From Psilocybe cubensis (Eukaryota): 64,000 bases of DNA. The stretch is from assembly GCA_017499595.2 (NCBI GenBank), contig CM039009.1, positions 992,001 through 1,056,000 of the forward strand, given 5' to 3'. Positions 62,090 to 64,000 of the stretch are shown here, in pieces. The notes beneath the pieces were generated by a model, which made no database searches, was not told the DNA's origin, and saw only the letters and a program-made list of their open reading frames with translations. Position 1 is the stretch's first letter. Each line of letters begins with the position of its first letter. Position numbers and translations under genes: made by a program.

Positions 62090-64000
62090 ATGCCTTTTCT
62101 TTCAGAATTCCGATATGTGGATGGATTTTGGTTGGCTTTACCCTCGTTTTTCCAACAAAGATCTCAGAGGCTACACACTCATGCATCGCATTCGACATAC
62201 GTATTTGCAGGGGTTCTTGTCTGGATGGGTCTCGTCCGAGCGCTGAGGTGGAGGCGGTATAATGCCATCCACCGAAAGTACCTGCGGAAATGGAATAACG
62301 GTAAGGGGACAATCACGCCAGAAGAGGCGCAGGAAATCACTTCGGTTGGTGCTGCCTACGATATGCCTCTTTTGCTCAACTATGCGCTGGCTTTTGCACT
62401 GTTCAAGACATACGCAATCGTAAGATTTTGGTACTAGTCCCTCATCGACGCGAAGACTCATTTTACACCCATCCATCAATGTTGATCAGCCGTCGATCTC
62501 TACTTTATTGAACAAGACTAAACAGCTTAGCTCGACGGAGAATATCTCGAAGCGATACGCGGATGTACGTCATTCAAGTTTTCTTCTCGCTTTGGGCGCT
62601 GACTGACAGCTGGTTCTCGGAACTCACTTATCTTATCAGACCGAACTTCTCATCGGTACGTCCAACGGAGTTTAGTGAGAATGACCTCATTTTGACGATC
62701 CAGTGCTTCAGCAACTTATTTCTTCTGCCCGATATCTGGATATGTTAATCCTTCGATGTATGGCGACGATCCTAAGTCCTCCTCCATGGATGATCCACGG
62801 GCAATGATTGCACTCGCACGCACTAACTATCTTCATTCAAAATACCAAATTGTATGTCGTCATTCTCACTATTTCTATCTGGATCGAGGTGTATACTCAT
62901 CATACGTAGTCAAATAACGATTTCTTATACACTCTTTGTTTGTTCGCACTGGAGCCCAACGTGGGTGTCACTGTTTTTTTATCTCTAACACGAGAGCCTA
63001 GACTAATGAAGCTTCAAATCAGACTTGGGCAGGCCGTTGGGGCTGGCGGGCATTATCTCCTCTCGAGAGACACGCCTATTATGTTTTCTGGGCTGAAATT
63101 GGGAGAAGAATGGATATCAAGGATATTCCAGATAGTTTTGAAAGCCTTTCTGCATGGTCAAAGGCGAGTCGGGCGCTTGGCTATCTTTTTCTGGCTAGTA
63201 ATAATAATTATCGTTCTACTATCTAGGAGTACGAAAGGGTTCACATGGTTCCAGCGCAATCTAACCATGACTTGGCTGGTTTTACGCTTGAAGAGCTGCT
63301 TTCGGCTGTACCTGAGTTTGGTGGACTTAAATCCTTTGCGAGACGATTGGCGATTTGTGCCATGGATGATATTGTGAGGGAAGCGATGATGTAAGTTCAA
63401 TTATTTTTACAAAATGTTCCCAATTATTTTCCGCTCGCCTGTGCCGACATTTTACATTGTATTCAGGTATCCGAAGCAGCCATGGCTGCTTCGGACAGTT
63501 GTATGGTGGTCCCTGTACTCTGTTGGCGTGTTCCAGCGGTGGTTCTTACTCCCTCGAGGTTTTCCATCTACCCCTGTAAATGTCACTCAAAACTTCAAAA
63601 CAGGTGGAGGTTGTCCTCGTCTGCATCCCAATAAGTACGCCTGCATTGCTGACCCATTTGTTTTGTATATGTCTGAACATATTTATTGTAATCAGGTGGG
63701 CTGCACGACCGTGGTACAGGCCTGAGCCTACAACTTCATTTGGATACTTCACGGAGAAGTTACTAGTGAAATTAGGATGGTACTCTGAGATGCCAAGCAG
63801 CATGTACGTCGCTTTTACTTATGTTTCGCATCTGTAAGCGCAACAAACCTTACCAATCTATTCTATGAAAAAGGTTGAAGAGCACAGGATATAGGCTGGA
63901 AGAGATGGTGAGCGCTTAGTGTTTTGACTGGTAATTCTTTCGTAGTAAACGGTAATTTTGTTTGACAGGGTCCGCAAGCCTTTGAAAATGGTGACTTCTT
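62090..64000 (+). CDS. ER-bound oxygenase MpaB'/rubber-oxygenase (DUF2236)-like protein, runs off the window
   Basis: N-terminal TM then LVRALRWRRY; ITPEEAQEI; LAFALFKTYAI/PSISTLL..TKQL; KRYAD/TELLI; ALARTNYLHSKY/I/SNNDFLYTLCLF; WGWRALSPLE..FWAEIGRRMDIKDIP; EYER.HMVPAQSN. Confidence 0.88.

Noticed and set aside
1-64000. Secondary-metabolite cluster, RiPP precursor, rRNA, intact tRNA or autonomous TE
   Set aside because: No PKS, NRPS, terpene synthase, MSDIN-like precursor, rRNA, clean cloverleaf, RT or transposase motifs were recognised by eye.

Overview
Eukaryotic, intron-rich fungal DNA, most likely an agaric basidiomycete (inferred from short GT-AG introns with CTRAC/CTAAC-type branch points and the DUF6533, fungalysin, GH16 and MpaB-like gene content). 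The ORF track is fragmented by introns, so I rebuilt genes by hand. Left arm (1-19 kb), compact genes: ornithine cyclodeaminase/mu-crystallin, alpha/beta-hydrolase, M36 fungalysin, DPBB expansin-like protein, GH16 glucanase, a DUF6533 membrane protein and an Iec1-like C2H2 protein. Right arm (54-64 kb): a second DUF6533 paralogue, TAF11 and an MpaB-like oxygenase. The most striking feature is a roughly 24-kb island (about 27.8-52 kb) holding SFP1, an EamA transporter and ATG22. It is saturated with microsatellites, has introns up to about 436 nt, and shows alternating A/C-rich and G/T-rich blocks a few hundred bp long that run through exons, introns and intergenic DNA. Many 3' splice sites there lack a pyrimidine tract and may pair with the 5' half of the intron. 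A 903-bp non-autonomous DNA transposon (17-bp TIRs, 8-bp TSD, tRNA-like interior) lies in the divergent SFP1/EamA upstream region. All family calls come from motif recognition by eye; no database searches were run.
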